Of a stretch of 7,874 nt of DNA, positions 7,051 to 7,874 are shown piece after piece (position 1 is the stretch's first letter; each line of letters starts with the position of its first letter). The DNA lies in contig JAEOSI010000097.1 of assembly GCA_016840425.1 (NCBI GenBank), forward strand, positions 1 to 7,874, written 5' to 3'. The notes under the pieces were generated by a model that worked only from the letters and a program-made list of their open reading frames with translations, did no database searches and had not been told where the DNA came from. Position numbers and translations under genes: made by a program. Origin of the DNA: Candidatus Wukongarchaeum yapensis. Its GTDB lineage: Archaea > Asgardarchaeota > Wukongarchaeia > Wukongarchaeales > Wukongarchaeaceae.

Positions 7051-7308
7051 ATGCCTCTATTTGAAAAGAAAAAAGCAGATCTGAAAAATCAAAGAGAAAC
7101 AATATCTGAGGAAACTGACTTTGGACGTTTTTCGATACAAGCCTACCACCGACTAAGCGAACATAAAAAGCACTTGTGCTCAATAGTTGAGGTAGGCGTT
7201 TCAGTAGAAGAATATAAAAAACTTGTCGAAAATGGAAAATTCGTCTGCATGAAATGTGGGAGAGTAGCAGCAAAAGAAGAAAACCTCTGCTATCCAAAAC
7301 CACTTTAA
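7051..7308 (+). CDS. Small Cys/His-rich putative metal-binding protein, paralog 1 (85 aa)
   Basis: Motifs HKKHLC, CMKC and LCYP. SD AGGTGG at 7039-7044. Its last 147 nt are 84% identical to paralog 2. Confidence 0.75.
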   Translation: MPLFEKKKADLKNQRETISEETDFGRFSIQAYHRLSEHKKHLCSIVEVGVSVEEYKKLVENGKFVCMKCGRVAAKEENLCYPKPL

Positions 7309-7343
7309 AAAAAACATTAAATATAATAAGCCGTATTTGTTGA

Positions 7344-7376
7344 CTAAAAAGCAAAAGAAAACGTTTTTATAAAATC
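7344..7376 (+). promoter_or_regulatory. 33-bp BRE/TATA-like promoter block, copy 2
   Basis: Exact copy of 6986-7018 (period 358 bp). It ends 31 nt before ATG 7408. Confidence 0.75.
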
Positions 7377-7407
7377 CGTTCAGTGGGAAGAGGAAGGTGA
7401 TGAAAAA

Positions 7408-7584
7408 ATGCCGCTATTTGAAAAGAAACACGTAGGTCATGAAAAACACTTGTGCTCAATAGTTGAGAAAGGCGTTTCAGTAGAAGAATACAAAAAACTT
7501 GTCGAAAATGGAAAATTCGTCTGCATGATTTGCGGAAGAGCAGCAGCAGACAAAGACAGTCTCTGTATTCCAGTTCCACTCTAA
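7408..7584 (+). CDS. Small Cys/His-rich putative metal-binding protein, paralog 2 (58 aa; not in the ORF track): MPLFEKKHVGHEKHLCSIVEKGVSVEEYKKLVENGKFVCMICGRAAADKDSLCIPVPL
   Basis: GGTGA SD at 7396-7400, ATG 7408, TAA 7582-7584. It is collinear with paralog 1. All four Cys are conserved, two of them through synonymous codon changes. Confidence 0.8.
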   Translation: MPLFEKKHVGHEKHLCSIVEKGVSVEEYKKLVENGKFVCMICGRAAADKDSLCIPVPL

Positions 7585-7591
7585 GAACACC

Positions 7592-7608
7592 AATTCCAGC
7601 AAATGCTC
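7592..7608 (+). repeat. 17-nt motif AATTCCAGCAAATGCTC, copy after paralog 2
   Basis: Exact match to the reverse complement of 3395-3411. It is in sense orientation, 7 nt after the stop codon. Confidence 0.7.
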
Positions 7609-7671
7609 AAAGCCTACCTAAGGGGCTGCGTTATTGATAATGGGCTAAGGTAGGCTTTATTGAAATTTTTT
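7609..7671 (+). terminator. Long stem-loop followed by a T6 tract; terminator-like or stabilising 3' structure
   Basis: Perfect 11-bp inverted repeat AAAGCCTACCT (7609-7619) / AGGTAGGCTTT (7648-7658), followed by T6 at 7666-7671. Confidence 0.5.
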
Positions 7672-7868
7672 AACACTCCTAACAAATAATCTTTACAGGC
7701 ATAATTTCTTCAAAAAAAGGAAAGGTTTTTGGACGGTTGGTGTAACCAATTTTTTTCCTTATGTTTATGGAATAAAGGTTTTAAAACTGGGATTTCAGTT
7801 TTCACAGTATCCCATACCACTTTCAGATTAACACCAAAATATTAGTGTATTTAGCCTTGTTTTGTTCA

Positions 7869-7874
7869 GAGGAG
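7869..7874 (+). promoter_or_regulatory. Probable Shine-Dalgarno of a gene starting just beyond the window
   Basis: GAGGAG at the window edge after about 280 bp of non-coding sequence. Confidence 0.4.

Noticed and set aside
7022-7579. Two similar minus-strand ORFs, 7022-7354 and 7367-7579
   Set aside because: Their similarity only mirrors the plus-strand duplication. SDs, promoters and the synonymous-change pattern support the plus strand.
7585-7671. 3' hairpin as a SECIS element for the Cys-rich proteins
   Set aside because: Neither paralog has an in-frame TGA, and no SECIS core motif is recognisable.

Overview
This window looks archaeal: it has GGTGA/GAGG Shine-Dalgarno motifs, TATA-like promoters and an AbrB-PhoU-type regulator. 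From left to right it holds (1) the 5'-truncated end of a DUF1998-type (Hrq1/MrfA/SftH-like) SF2 helicase; (2) a pstS-pstC-pstA phosphate ABC operon on the minus strand with no pstB, divergent from an AbrB/SpoVT-PhoU regulator across a 115-bp promoter carrying four 11-bp repeats; (3) a 199-bp non-autonomous IS200/IS605-family mini-element that keeps both transposon ends, a TATA-like promoter, a relic of the tnpB 3' end and an omegaRNA/reRNA-like scaffold; (4) a 7-repeat TPR protein; and (5) two tandem paralogous small Cys/His proteins, each behind an identical 33-bp promoter. The second small protein (58 aa) is missing from the ORF track. The most unusual signals are the protein-less omegaRNA cassette, an exact 17-nt motif shared by two unrelated 3' trailers, the duplicated small metal-binding proteins, and depletion of T-ending codons toward the 3' ends of transcription units. 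All calls come from reading the sequence; no database searches were run.
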